Notes: a model not told the origin generated them from the sequence alone. A stretch of DNA of 40,877 nucleotides from an uncultured Bifidobacterium sp. (GCA_964355895.1 CAYHFK010000002.1:1-40877); one strand, 5' to 3'. Shown: positions 8,526-17,660, counted from the first letter of the stretch. Numbers and translations: made by a program.

Positions 8526-8600
8526 CCTCCTCCTCGTTCTCGTCCTCGTCCTCGATTTTGTCACGGGAGTTCGAGGAGGAGGACGAGAACGAGGAGGAGG
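8526..8600. repeat. 29-bp purine/pyrimidine-skewed inverted repeat with a 17-nt loop, in the queE / thioredoxin-like divergent spacer
   Basis: The arms are cctcctcctcgttctcgtcctcgtcctcg (8526-8554) and cgaggaggaggacgagaacgaggaggagg (8572-8600). They are complementary at 28/29 positions. Confidence 0.85.
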
Positions 8601-8667
8601 ACGAAGTTGCATCGTAATGTTTAAACCAACACTCGACAAGAAGGCGCCATCGCCGCAGATTTTCCGC

Positions 8668-9249
8668 ATGGCCGAAACTCCTTCCACCATGCTGCCGCTC
8701 GGCACGACCGCGCCGGATTTCCGGTTGCCGGACCCGAACGGGAAACTTGTTTCGCTCGCGGACTTCGCCGGTCAACCGGCGTTGTTGGTGATGTTCCTCT
8801 GCAATCATTGTCCCTACGTGAAGCACGTCCAGGCCGAACTGGCAAAACTGGGCCGGGATTATGTGCCGCGGGGCGTGGGCATCGTGGGGATCAGTGCCAA
8901 TGACGCGACGAATTATCCGGAGGATGGCCCGGCGATGATGGCCCGGGAAGCAAAGGCCGCCGGCTACAACTTCCCGTATCTCTACGACGAATCCCAAACC
9001 ATTGCCCAAGCGTATCGCGCCGCCTGCACGCCGGATTTTTTCCTGTTCGACCAGAGCCGCCGGCTCGTTTATCGCGGACAACTCGACGCCAGCCGGCCCG
9101 GCAATGGGATTCCCGTAACCGGCCAGGACCTGCGCGCCGCGCTTGAGGCGTTGCTGGCGGGCAAGGCGGTTTCCGCAAAACAAACCCCGAGCCTCGGCTG
9201 CAACATCAAGTGGCGGCCAGGGAATGAACCGGATTACTTCACCCATTGA
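8668..9249 (+). CDS. thioredoxin-fold thiol-disulfide oxidoreductase (AhpC/TSA-like)
   Basis: ORF 8521..9249, trimmed to the ATG at 8668 (MAETPSTMLPLGTTAPDFRLPD). An ATG at 8617 is also possible. Motifs: a CxxC motif in LLVMFLCNHCPYVKH and a conserved C-terminal SLGCNIKW. Confidence 0.8.
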   Translation: MAETPSTMLPLGTTAPDFRLPDPNGKLVSLADFAGQPALLVMFLCNHCPYVKHVQAELAKLGRDYVPRGVGIVGISANDATNYPEDGPAMMAREAKAAGYNFPYLYDESQTIAQAYRAACTPDFFLFDQSRRLVYRGQLDASRPGNGIPVTGQDLRAALEALLAGKAVSAKQTPSLGCNIKWRPGNEPDYFTH

Positions 9250-9312
9250 CCGACAAATCGCCACGGACAAAGCTTGACCCCGGGGCGGTCATCCCCTTAT
9301 TTTCCCCTCGCA

Positions 9313-9390
9313 ATGTTCGGACAAATTCGACAAGTAATAGCGGTAGTAGTAGTCGTAGCTAACGACGCCGTTGGTGCTTGTCGAGGTTAA
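9313..9390 (+). CDS. candidate ilv leader peptide (25 aa, Val/Ile-rich)
   Basis: The ATG at 9313 to the TAA at 9388-9390 translates to MFGQIRQVIAVVVVVANDAVGACRG. The ORF lies 84 nt upstream of ilvB and is followed by a terminator hairpin. Confidence 0.6.
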   Translation: MFGQIRQVIAVVVVVANDAVGACRG

Positions 9391-9408
9391 GAACGATTTA
9401 GACAAGAA

Positions 9409-9438
9409 CCCACGGCTGGAAACGGCTGTGGGTTTTTT
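9409..9438 (+). terminator. intrinsic terminator (attenuator) between the leader peptide and ilvB
   Basis: The sequence is cccacggc-tggaaacg-gctgtggg, an 8-bp stem including one G.U pair. It is followed by TTTTTT (9433-9438), 35 nt before the ilvB ATG. Confidence 0.65.
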
Positions 9439-9473
9439 GTTGCCCGCACCGTCAGCCACAACCGAAAGAAAGT

Positions 9474-11360
9474 ATGAGCAAGACAACTGAAATCGCTGCC
9501 ACCAAGAAAAAGCCCACGGCCAAGCGCGCCGAAGTCGGCGCGGCCATGTTCGGCTGCGACATTCTCGTCGCAGCCTTGGAACGTGAAGGGGTGGAAGTCA
9601 TTTTCGCCTATCCCGGCGGCGCGAGCATGGAGATTCACCAATCGCTCACGAAGTCGAAGATTCGCACCATTCTCCCGCGGCATGAGCAGGGCGGCAGTTT
9701 CGCGGCCGAAGGTTACGCCCGCGCCACCGGCCAAGCCGGCGTGTGCATGACGACGAGCGGCCCGGGCGCGACGAATCTCGTCACCGCCATCGCCGATGCC
9801 TACATGGATTCCTGCCCGCTCATCGCCATCACGGGCCAGGTGAACCAGAGCATGATCGGGCGGGGCGCGTTTCAGGAGACGGACATCATCGGCGTCACGC
9901 TGCCGATCGTGAAACATTCCTATCTCATTACGGACGTGAACGACATTGCGCGCGTGGTGAAGGAGGCGTTCTACATCGCGCAATCCGGCCGGCCCGGCCC
10001 GGTGGTGATTGATTTCCCGAAAAACATCCAGCAACAAAAGACGCAGCCCGTCTGGCCCACCCTGGAGCAAATCAAAAAAGGCTTGCGCGGCTACACGCAA
10101 CCCGATCTCCGCGCCGATGAACTCGCTTTGAACGAGATCATGGGCCTCCTCGAGAAGGCCGAGCGCCCGGTGCTTTACTGCGGCGGCGGCATCATCACTT
10201 GCGGGGCGGCGGCGGAACTCAAGAAGTTTGCCGAGGCGACGCAAATTCCCGTCACCACCACGCTCATGGGCGTGGGCGGTTTTCCCGAGACGCACCCGCT
10301 CTCGCTGCGCTGGCTGGGCATGCACGGCGCGGCGTCCGCGAATTGGGCGGTGAACGGCGAATACAAGCAGCGCCTGAATCCCACCGAGCCGATGGTGAAG
10401 CTCAAGGACGGCGCGGATTTGCTGCTCGCGTTCGGCGTGCGGTTCGATGACCGCGTGACGGGCAAGTTCGAGGAGTTTTGCAAACACGGCACGATTGTGC
10501 ATGTGGACATTGACGCGTCGGAGTTAAACAAAAACCGCCGCGCGAATCTCGCGGTGGTGGGCGACATCAAGGACGCGCTCACGCGGCTCAACGCCATGCT
10601 GGCCAAGCGTCCGATCAACAAGAAACACACGCCGTGGCTCGAACAAATCGCGGAGTGGAAAAAGAAAGCGCCGTTCGCCTACGCCGTCACCCCGGAGATC
10701 GCCAACAGCGATCACATGAAAGACCATCTCAAAGGCCAGGAAGACCAGGTCATCCTGCAACAGATGGTCATCGAGGCGCTTTACGAATTGACCAAGGGCG
10801 AAGCCTACATCACCACGGGCGTCGGCCAGCATCAGATGTGGGCCGGGCAATGGTATAAATACAAATACCCGCGCCAGTTCATCACCAGCGCCGGCCTCGG
10901 CTCGATGGGTTTTGGCTATCCCGCCGCGCTCGGCGTGAAGGTGGCGCATCCGGACAAGGAAGTGGTGGACATTGATGGCGACGGCTCCTTCCTGATGAAC
11001 ATCCAGGAACTCGCCACCGCGCACGTCGAGAAGATCGCGGCCAAGGCGATCATCCTGAACAACCAACACCTCGGCATGGTGGTGCAGTGGGAGGACAATT
11101 TCTTCGAGGGCAACCGCGGCCACACTTACCTCGGCGATCCCGACCACCGCGCGCAAATTTATCCCGACTATGTGCGGGTGTGCAACAGCTTCAACGTGCC
11201 GTGCGAGCGGGTCATCTACAAACGCGACCTCAAACCCGCCATCCAGCGCATGCTTGATTCCAAGACCGCCTACGTGCTCGACGTGGTGACGCCGTACAGC
11301 GAACACGTGTTGCCCTTCATTCCGGCGGGCCGCACGGTGGCGGACATGATTTGGAAATAG
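9474..11360 (+). CDS. ilvB: acetolactate synthase (acetohydroxy-acid synthase) large subunit
   Basis: A 628-aa ORF. Motifs: IFAYPGGASMEIHQSL, TSGPGATNLVT, and the TPP motif GLGSMGFGYPAALG...DIDGDGSFLMNIQELAT...ILNN. Confidence 0.95.
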   Translation: MSKTTEIAATKKKPTAKRAEVGAAMFGCDILVAALEREGVEVIFAYPGGASMEIHQSLTKSKIRTILPRHEQGGSFAAEGYARATGQAGVCMTTSGPGATNLVTAIADAYMDSCPLIAITGQVNQSMIGRGAFQETDIIGVTLPIVKHSYLITDVNDIARVVKEAFYIAQSGRPGPVVIDFPKNIQQQKTQPVWPTLEQIKKGLRGYTQPDLRADELALNEIMGLLEKAERPVLYCGGGIITCGAAAELKKFAEATQIPVTTTLMGVGGFPETHPLSLRWLGMHGAASANWAVNGEYKQRLNPTEPMVKLKDGADLLLAFGVRFDDRVTGKFEEFCKHGTIVHVDIDASELNKNRRANLAVVGDIKDALTRLNAMLAKRPINKKHTPWLEQIAEWKKKAPFAYAVTPEIANSDHMKDHLKGQEDQVILQQMVIEALYELTKGEAYITTGVGQHQMWAGQWYKYKYPRQFITSAGLGSMGFGYPAALGVKVAHPDKEVVDIDGDGSFLMNIQELATAHVEKIAAKAIILNNQHLGMVVQWEDNFFEGNRGHTYLGDPDHRAQIYPDYVRVCNSFNVPCERVIYKRDLKPAIQRMLDSKTAYVLDVVTPYSEHVLPFIPAGRTVADMIWK

Positions 11361-11438
11361 CTCGTGGGGTCGTGGTGATATACGCCGTCGGGCGGCATTT
11401 GCTTGTCGCTCGACGGTTTCTTTGTCAGGCTCGGTGAC

Positions 11439-12488
11439 ATGTTGAGTCGTATTTTCTGGTTGTGGCTGGCGTTCGGCGGGTCGGCGGCGGCGACGGAACT
11501 AGCCTTTGATTTCAGCGCGGTTCCCGCGAAGCAAATCCCGCCGGGCTTCACCAACCTCGTGGCCGGCAAGGGCCGCCCGGGCGATTGGCGGGTGGTTACG
11601 GACGCCTTTCCGTCGGCGCTGCCGTCGCTCAATGAAAAAACGCCCGCGATGACGCAGCGGTCGGTCCTCGGCCAGTTCAGCCTCGAGGTGACGGACGAGC
11701 ATTTCCCCATCCTCCTGTACGACCGCGAGACGTTCACGGATTTCACCCTGACGACGAAGTTCAAGCTGGTGGACGGCGTGGCGGAGCAGATGGCCGGCAT
11801 TGTGTTTCGCGTGCAGGACGAGAAAAACTTCTACGTCATCCGCGCCAGCGGCTTCGGCAACAACGTGCGTTTTTACAAGATGGTCGCGGGCCTGCGCAGC
11901 CTGCCCATTGGGCCGGAGCTGCCCGTGCCCCGCGGCGTGTGGCATGAGTTGAAGATTGAGTGTCAGGGCAACCGAATCCGCGCGTGGTTGAACGGCCAGG
12001 AGGCGATCCCGCCGTTGACGGATACCAGTTTCGCGGTGGGCAAGATCGGCTTCTGGACGAAGTCGGACGCCATCAGTTACTTCACCGACACAAAAATCAT
12101 TTACACGCCGCGCGAGACGCTGGCGCAGATTCTGGTGCGTGACACGGTGACAAAGAACCCGCGCCTCGTCGGCCTGAGCATCTATCTGTTCGACGAGCAG
12201 GGCGAACCGCGCGTGGCGGCCAGCAAGGACCCGAAAGAAGTCGGCACGGCGGGGGGCGACGCGGAAAAGCAGGCGATCGTGGGCGGTAAGATTTTCTACG
12301 GCAAAGGCAAGGATACGGTGGCGGTCGTCCAACCTTTGCGCGATCGCAACGGCGAACCGATTGCCGCCGTGCGCGTGACGATGAAGTCGTTTGCCGGTCA
12401 GACGGAGCAAAGCGCGTTGCAACGCGCCCTGCCCATCGTGAAAGGGATGCAATCGCGCGTGCGGACCCTGCCCGAGTTGAAGGACTAG
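11439..12488 (+). CDS. secreted protein with a DUF1080-like (concanavalin/LamG-type jelly-roll) domain
   Basis: ORF 11403..12488 (TTG), trimmed to the ATG at 11439. This gives a signal-like N-terminus, MLSRIFWLWLAFGGSAAA. The blocks AGIVFRVQDEKNFYVIRAS...WHELKIECQGNRIRAWLNG resemble DUF1080. The family call is from memory only. Confidence 0.6.
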   Translation: MLSRIFWLWLAFGGSAAATELAFDFSAVPAKQIPPGFTNLVAGKGRPGDWRVVTDAFPSALPSLNEKTPAMTQRSVLGQFSLEVTDEHFPILLYDRETFTDFTLTTKFKLVDGVAEQMAGIVFRVQDEKNFYVIRASGFGNNVRFYKMVAGLRSLPIGPELPVPRGVWHELKIECQGNRIRAWLNGQEAIPPLTDTSFAVGKIGFWTKSDAISYFTDTKIIYTPRETLAQILVRDTVTKNPRLVGLSIYLFDEQGEPRVAASKDPKEVGTAGGDAEKQAIVGGKIFYGKGKDTVAVVQPLRDRNGEPIAAVRVTMKSFAGQTEQSALQRALPIVKGMQSRVRTLPELKD

Positions 12489-12783
12489 TCCGCCTCATGT
12501 GTTCCCACCGACGAGCGGATTGACCGTTCGCAGTAGTTCCCGCGGGGGCAGGGGCGGGGCGCGTCAGGCTGAGCGAGATGTTTTGCCAGAGGCGATAGCG
12601 GAGAGTGGTATCCCGCTGGAAACGGAACGGGCCCGGCTCTTCGCGGTTCGCGAAGAACACCAATTGCGCCGGCAACCGGCCGCCGATTTTTACTCGCCAC
12701 CCGACCGCATCAGTCGCCGCCGGCACGCCGGCCACAAGCGGCGACATCGCCAAAACGACAAACCCCGGAGGCGAGCGTCAAGA

Positions 12784-13656
12784 TCACGGGTTTCTTGGGG
12801 GCACAGGTTCCTCAGTCTTCGTCGGCGCGGGCACGTCATCCGTCGTCTGCCGACGCGCGCCGCCCACCACCGTGAGCCGCCCATTTTCGCCCAACTGCAA
12901 TTTCGGGCGCGTGCTGGTGTAGTCGTGGGTTTGGCGGGCGATGATGTCGCCGTCGGGGTTGATCACCGTGTAGCTGAACGCGCGAGCCCCATTTTGGTAG
13001 AGGACGTGGAGATTGCTCGCCTGATCAATCTGATGTTCCGGAATGCCGAAGGAAACCATCGGGCCGAGCGAAAAAACTTTTAACACCCGCTCTCCGTTGG
13101 CGTCGGTTAAGCGGAAGTAAAGCCGCAGTTGCGTCCGCAGATAATTGGCCTGTTCCAGGGCGTATTTGCGCACCTCCGGCGACCGGTTCGGCCTGCCTTC
13201 GGCCGGCACGCCGAAATCCTGGGACCACAGTTTCGCGCCATTGATGATATCAAAGCCCTTTGGTTTGGTCGTGAGGGTTTGATCCCAATCCTTGATCCGC
13301 ACCGTGGCGACGATGGAGTAGCGCCCCGTGCGGGCAAGGTCAAAATGCGGCACCAACTCCACGCGGCGGGTGGCGACCTTGGTGGTCTCCAGCGTAAACG
13401 CGCCCAGCACCGATGGCTCGCTGTTCTTTTCCACGATCCCCCTCCCATCGCGCGACTCCAGGGCGAACGTCAGCCAGTCTTCCTCGCCCCCCAGATGTAA
13501 TGTTTGCCCCGAGCGATTGGTGATACGCACGGCGGCGGTCAGATTTTCGCCGGATAGAAAATGCTCCTGATCCAATACCACCTCCACGGACACCTGCGCG
13601 CATAAGGGCGCGAGCGGTGCGAGCGAGAACACGAGCAGCCAAGCCAAGACTTTCAT
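12784..13656 (-). CDS. hypothetical secreted protein
   Basis: A 290-aa ORF with a signal peptide, MKVLAWLLVFSLAPLAPLCAQ. The composition looks coding. I recognise no family. Confidence 0.6.
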   Translation of the reverse strand: MKVLAWLLVFSLAPLAPLCAQVSVEVVLDQEHFLSGENLTAAVRITNRSGQTLHLGGEEDWLTFALESRDGRGIVEKNSEPSVLGAFTLETTKVATRRVELVPHFDLARTGRYSIVATVRIKDWDQTLTTKPKGFDIINGAKLWSQDFGVPAEGRPNRSPEVRKYALEQANYLRTQLRLYFRLTDANGERVLKVFSLGPMVSFGIPEHQIDQASNLHVLYQNGARAFSYTVINPDGDIIARQTHDYTSTRPKLQLGENGRLTVVGGARRQTTDDVPAPTKTEEPVPPRNP

Positions 13657-13760
13657 CAGTTCACTTTAGGTTGGCCGGGCGGGGTGGCAAGCCGCAAAAC
13701 GGTCGCATCGGTTCCAGTCCGGTCCCGCCGAAAAGTTGACGGAACCAATCGCCACGCGAT

Positions 13761-14795
13761 TCAACCGCCGCGCGCCAACTCGCGCCGTGCGCGCGCGAAA
13801 ACCTCGCGGGGCGACATCGCGGTCATGCATTCCATGGGTTGCGGCCAGGTGCAGCGCGATTTGAGGCACGGCACGCAGGGCAGTTTGGTTTGCGCCACGC
13901 GCTCCCACTGACCGTAGGGTCCGGTGCGGCGTGGCTCGGTCGGACCGCAAATGGCGATGACCGGTTTGCCCAACGCCGCGGCCACGTGCATCGGACCGGT
14001 GTCATTCGTCACCATCAACTCGCACCGTCGCAGCCACTCGACCATCTCCGGCAGGGAGGTTTGGCCGGCCAGATTCAGGCAACGCTCCGGGGTCGCGCGG
14101 GAAATAATGTCCCCCAGCGACTGGTCATCCGCGCTGCCGAGAATCGCGAAGCGCGCGTCCGGGAATTCCGCGCCCAGTTGGCGCGTCAGTGCGGCGAAAT
14201 GTTCGGCGGGCCAGCGTTTGTTCCGCCACCGCGCCCCGGGTTGCAGTGCGATCCAGCGGGCGCGGTCGGCGGGCCATTTCGATTTTATCGCGGCGGCAGC
14301 GGACGGTCGTTCCGGGAGCCACACGAAATCCTGGTGAACCGGAACGCCGAGGCGCGGCAACACCGCGAGATACCAGTCCACCGCATGGGTGTGAAACGAG
14401 GCGCGCGGCACAATGATGTCGTAGAACCCCCGCGCCCCTTCGCGCGATTCATCGAGGCCAGCGAGGAGCTGGCCGTTGGCCAGCCAGGCAAAAGCGCCGC
14501 TGCGGGCGAGGCCTTGGAGATCAATCACCCAGTCAAACTTTTGTGCGCGCAACCATGCGATGCTCCGCAGCATTTCCGGCCAGTGAACCGGCGCCGCCCA
14601 GCGCTTGCGCTCGAAACGCACCACCCCGGCCAGATCCGGATCCCCTTCGAGCAACGGCGCAAGCCCGGAGTCAATCCACCAGTGAATCTCGCTCGCGGGG
14701 AGATGGCGTTTGAGGAGCCGCAGCACGGGCAGCGCCTGCACCACATCACCAAGCGAACTGGGTTTGAGGATGAGGATTTTCAAAGCACCAAGCAC
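13761..14795 (-). CDS. glycosyltransferase family 9 (LPS heptosyltransferase-like)
   Basis: A 344-aa ORF. Motifs: ILILKPSSLGDVVQALPVL at the N-terminus and MVTNDTGPMHVAAALGKPVIAICGPT, the GT9 signature region. Confidence 0.85.
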   Translation of the reverse strand: MLGALKILILKPSSLGDVVQALPVLRLLKRHLPASEIHWWIDSGLAPLLEGDPDLAGVVRFERKRWAAPVHWPEMLRSIAWLRAQKFDWVIDLQGLARSGAFAWLANGQLLAGLDESREGARGFYDIIVPRASFHTHAVDWYLAVLPRLGVPVHQDFVWLPERPSAAAAIKSKWPADRARWIALQPGARWRNKRWPAEHFAALTRQLGAEFPDARFAILGSADDQSLGDIISRATPERCLNLAGQTSLPEMVEWLRRCELMVTNDTGPMHVAAALGKPVIAICGPTEPRRTGPYGQWERVAQTKLPCVPCLKSRCTWPQPMECMTAMSPREVFARARRELARGG

Positions 14796-14896
14796 CCAAC
14801 ACCAACCGCCAGAGAAATTTCAAACTAACACATCCGGCGAGAACTTGGACGGCGAGCTGGATGATTCTCCGGAGCTGGAATGTTGGGGTTTGAAAT

Positions 14897-15619
14897 TTAT
14901 CGGCCGTAGGCCAGCCGCTCCGCCAGCCGTTCGGGCAAACCGGCGGCCAGGATCTTTTTCTGCGCGGTGGCGATGTCGTAATCCAGCCGGCGAATTTCAA
15001 TCGTGCCATCGTCGGTATCATAGACCACGTAGGCGCATTTCGGATTGTTGTCGCGCGGCTGGCCGACGGCACCGACGTTGACGAAATACTTCTTGCCCGG
15101 CTCGGTCTTGAACTTCGAGTAGGTGCCGCCCCGCACGACGCTGTCCTTCATGAAGGCCACCGGCACATGTGTATGACCAAAAAAGCAAACCGAGGTGTTC
15201 TGGTAGGTCAGACTGGCGGCGGCGGCGAGTTTGTCGAATACGTAGCCCCAGCGTTGGGGGCCGTCCAAGGTGGCGTGGACGATGGTGAAATTGGTGACCA
15301 TGCGCGTGTACTTCAAGTCGCGCAGCCACTGGCGATCGTCTTCCGTGAGCTGTTTGCGCGTCCAGTTGACAGCTTCCGCGGCGGCGGGGTTGAAGCCTTC
15401 CAGGTGTTCCTCGCTGGAGCAGTAATCGTCGTGGTTGCCCTTCACGCAGGGCATGTTCATCGTGCGAACAATATCCAGACATTCCTTGGGATTGGCGTTG
15501 TAGCCGACGACGTCGCCGAGGCACGCGTAATGAGTGACGAATTGTTTCTTGCAGTCCTCGAGGACCACTTGAAGCGCTTCCAAGTTGGCGTGAATATCGG
15601 CTATAATGGCAAACTTCAT
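14897..15619 (-). CDS. metallophosphoesterase (YfcE/MJ0936-like)
   Basis: A 240-aa ORF. Motifs: IIADIHAN, LGDVVGYNANP, KGNHD and FFGHTHVP. Its start codon abuts the acylphosphatase stop with no gap. Confidence 0.85.
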   Translation of the reverse strand: MKFAIIADIHANLEALQVVLEDCKKQFVTHYACLGDVVGYNANPKECLDIVRTMNMPCVKGNHDDYCSSEEHLEGFNPAAAEAVNWTRKQLTEDDRQWLRDLKYTRMVTNFTIVHATLDGPQRWGYVFDKLAAAASLTYQNTSVCFFGHTHVPVAFMKDSVVRGGTYSKFKTEPGKKYFVNVGAVGQPRDNNPKCAYVVYDTDDGTIEIRRLDYDIATAQKKILAAGLPERLAERLAYGR

Positions 15620-15940
15620 TTACTTTCTGTCCGTAATGGTGAACCCGGTGAACCCGCCGCTGGGGTCGGTCCAGCTCGCGTCCTCGTGTCGGATGTTCGC
15701 GGCCAGGCCGGCGGCGTGAATGGCTTCGCGAAATGCCTCCAACTCCGTCTTTGCGCCCTCGGCGGTGAGTTCCACGCGGCCATCCGCCAGATTACGCACC
15801 GCCCCGGTGACTTCAAATCCGGCGGCCAACGTCCGCACCGCATAGCGAAAACCCACGCCCTGCACCCGTCCGGAATACAAAATTTGCATCCGGCGTCGCT
15901 CTTCTCGAGTTGCGCCTTTCAGGTTGGCCGCTTGTGCCAT
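15620..15940 (-). CDS. acylphosphatase
   Basis: ORF 15620..15991. It carries the SGRVQGVGFRY signature. The likely start is the ATG at 15940 or at 15889 (MQILYSGRVQGVGFR, 89 aa). The start is uncertain. Confidence 0.8.
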   Translation of the reverse strand: MAQAANLKGATREERRRMQILYSGRVQGVGFRYAVRTLAAGFEVTGAVRNLADGRVELTAEGAKTELEAFREAIHAAGLAANIRHEDASWTDPSGGFTGFTITDRK

Positions 15941-16189
15941 CCGGAAATGAAGCCAAAGACCGGGTGGACAAGCAATGTTTTTCCTGAACAACCCTGCATG
16001 TGCGGACCCCTTTTCTCATCCCGAGGGACTCCCGGCAGGCTCGGAGATTGGTCCGCACCACGTTGGGTAACTGGCGCTGGGAACAGAGCCGCGTCGCCAA
16101 GCTGGCAACCCCGCAGCTCGCTCGACCGGTGTCGTTGACGATGGCGAACTGGTTGAAACCCGTGCGCCCGACTGCTATGCTCGCCGCAC

Positions 16190-17122
16190 ATGGTAATCAA
16201 AGCCTTCTCGTTTGGGGCCGGTATCGCCCTGATCCTTGCAGTGGGCGGCTGCCAGCCGGGACAAAACTCCACCTCCGTCTCCGGCACCATTGAAACCGAC
16301 GAAGCGCGCGTCGCGTCGCGCTACGGTGGGCGGGTGGAGCAAACATTGGCACAGGAAGGCGATGCCCTGATGGCAGGTCAGATCATCGTTGAACTCGCCG
16401 CCGCCGAGCTCCGGGCGCGCCGCGATCAAGCTGCCGCCCAACTTGCGGAAGCCGAAGCCGGCCCGCGCCAGGAGGAACTCGCCGCCGTCAAAGCTGATTG
16501 GGAGGCGCAGGTGGCGCAACTGGATTTCGCCAAAGCCGACGCCCGGCGTGCCGAGGAGTTGTTCACGCAAAGAACCATGTCGGCCACCGAACGCGACCAG
16601 GCTGCGACCCGCGCCGCGTCGTTGGCGAAAAGCGTCGCAGCTGCCAAAGCCCGCCACGATTTGTTGCTTGCCGGAACGCGACCGGAACGCATTTCACAGG
16701 TGAATGCGCAGCTCGCAGAAATAGAGACGCAACTGCGCGAAATGAAGATCTCCGCGCCGACGAATTGCGTGCTCGATGTTTTGAATGTGAAGGTGGGCGA
16801 CGTGCTCGCGCCGAACCAGCCGGTCGCCACGCTGCTGCTGACGAATCATATCTGGGTGCGTGTGTTCGTGCCCGAGCCGTGGCTGGGACGCATCGCCGTC
16901 GGCGATGACGTAAAAGTGCGCGTGGATTCGTTTCCCGGGAAGGATTTCGCGGGGGCGGTGGAACAAATCGCCCGCCGCGCCGAGTTCACGCCGCGCAATG
17001 TCCAGACCGTCGGCGAGCGTGTGAAGCAGGTCTTCGGCGTGAAAGTGCGCCTGGACAATGCCGAAGGCCGATTCCGCGCCGGCATGGCGGCGGATGTCAC
17101 GTTCCCGAACGTCCCCCACTAA
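16190..17122 (+). CDS. HlyD-family periplasmic adaptor (membrane-fusion protein)
   Basis: A 310-aa ORF. It has a lipoprotein-like N-terminus (ALILAVGGCQ), a long Ala/Glu/Arg-rich coiled-coil segment, and a C-terminal beta-barrel block, VKVRVDSFPGKDFAGAVEQIARRAEFTPRNVQT. No transporter partner follows it. Confidence 0.85.
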   Translation: MVIKAFSFGAGIALILAVGGCQPGQNSTSVSGTIETDEARVASRYGGRVEQTLAQEGDALMAGQIIVELAAAELRARRDQAAAQLAEAEAGPRQEELAAVKADWEAQVAQLDFAKADARRAEELFTQRTMSATERDQAATRAASLAKSVAAAKARHDLLLAGTRPERISQVNAQLAEIETQLREMKISAPTNCVLDVLNVKVGDVLAPNQPVATLLLTNHIWVRVFVPEPWLGRIAVGDDVKVRVDSFPGKDFAGAVEQIARRAEFTPRNVQTVGERVKQVFGVKVRLDNAEGRFRAGMAADVTFPNVPH

Positions 17123-17405
17123 CCGGCGGTTCAAAATTTCTTCGGGCGCAGCACGCGCACGCCAGACTCGAAGGCGATCATTCCGTAGCGCGGAAAAAAT
17201 TACTCCGCCCGCCGCTCCAGCAAAGCCTGAGCGACTTCCGGTTGCACCAGAATCTCAATCTGGATGTTCGCAAACTCTAGTTTGTTTCGACCGGCGTTCT
17301 TTCCGAACTGGCTTGATCATTTGCGCCTTCAGCGCCCCAAGTGTCAAGGATGCGATTTGGCACTATCGTTCCTGCCGCCCGCCCCGCCATTGGCCCAGTA
17401 ACCCG

Positions 17406-17660
17406 GTGCGCTCGCAGAGTTTGGCAAAGGCTTTTGGGATCGTCCTCCGAAAGCACCGGAAGGCGAAAAAGTTCTCCCAGGAACTTCTCGCCGAGAAGGC
17501 TGACGTGGCGGCGAAAATGGTCAGCCTGATCGAGCGATTTGAGCGCAACCTGTCTGTGAATCTGGCCGATTCGCTGGCGCAAGGCTTGGGTGTTCCACTC
17601 TGGCAATTGATCCGGGAGGCTGAAGAAGTCCGCAGGAAGCACACGCCCAAGCGAAGTTGA
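17406..17660 (+). CDS. small XRE-family helix-turn-helix protein
   Basis: This is the C-terminal part of ORF 17058..17660. The sequence LRKHRKAKKFSQELLAEKADVAAKMVSLIERFERNLSVNLADSLAQGLGVPLWQL is a typical HTH_3 pattern. There is no in-frame ATG. The candidate starts are a GTG at 17406 or a TTG at 17421. Confidence 0.65.
   Translation: MRSQSLAKAFGIVLRKHRKAKKFSQELLAEKADVAAKMVSLIERFERNLSVNLADSLAQGLGVPLWQLIREAEEVRRKHTPKRS

Noticed and set aside
8446-8667. Possible preQ1 riboswitch upstream of queE
   Set aside because: I looked on the minus strand for the compact preQ1-I/II consensus and did not recognise it. The region is dominated by the 29-bp inverted repeat instead.
7695-9270. N-terminal extensions of ORFs 7702..9270, 6354..8024 and 5479..6591
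   Set aside because: In each case homology-like sequence begins at an internal ATG (8445, 7694 and 6342). The extensions overlap the upstream gene or the opposite-strand gene and are low-complexity.
9387-11306. Minus-strand ORFs 9387..10502 (371 aa) and 10524..11306 (260 aa)
   Set aside because: They are antisense shadows of ilvB. They carry no motifs and have a composition typical of reverse-frame high-GC sequence.
11499-12452. 317-aa minus-strand ORF
   Set aside because: It is antisense to the DUF1080-like gene, which has a signal peptide and conserved blocks. The ORF itself is Arg-rich junk.
12489-12783. 295-bp convergent spacer with the small hairpin tcttcgcg-gtt-cgcgaaga and ORF 12485..12700
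   Set aside because: The hairpin has no T-tract and the ORF is Pro/Arg-rich with no features. Nothing here can be supported beyond a possible weak terminator.
13839-16138. Plus-strand ORFs 13839..14828 (329 aa) and 15167..16138 (323 aa)
   Set aside because: They are antisense to the GT9 glycosyltransferase and to the metallophosphoesterase and acylphosphatase genes, all of which carry family signatures.
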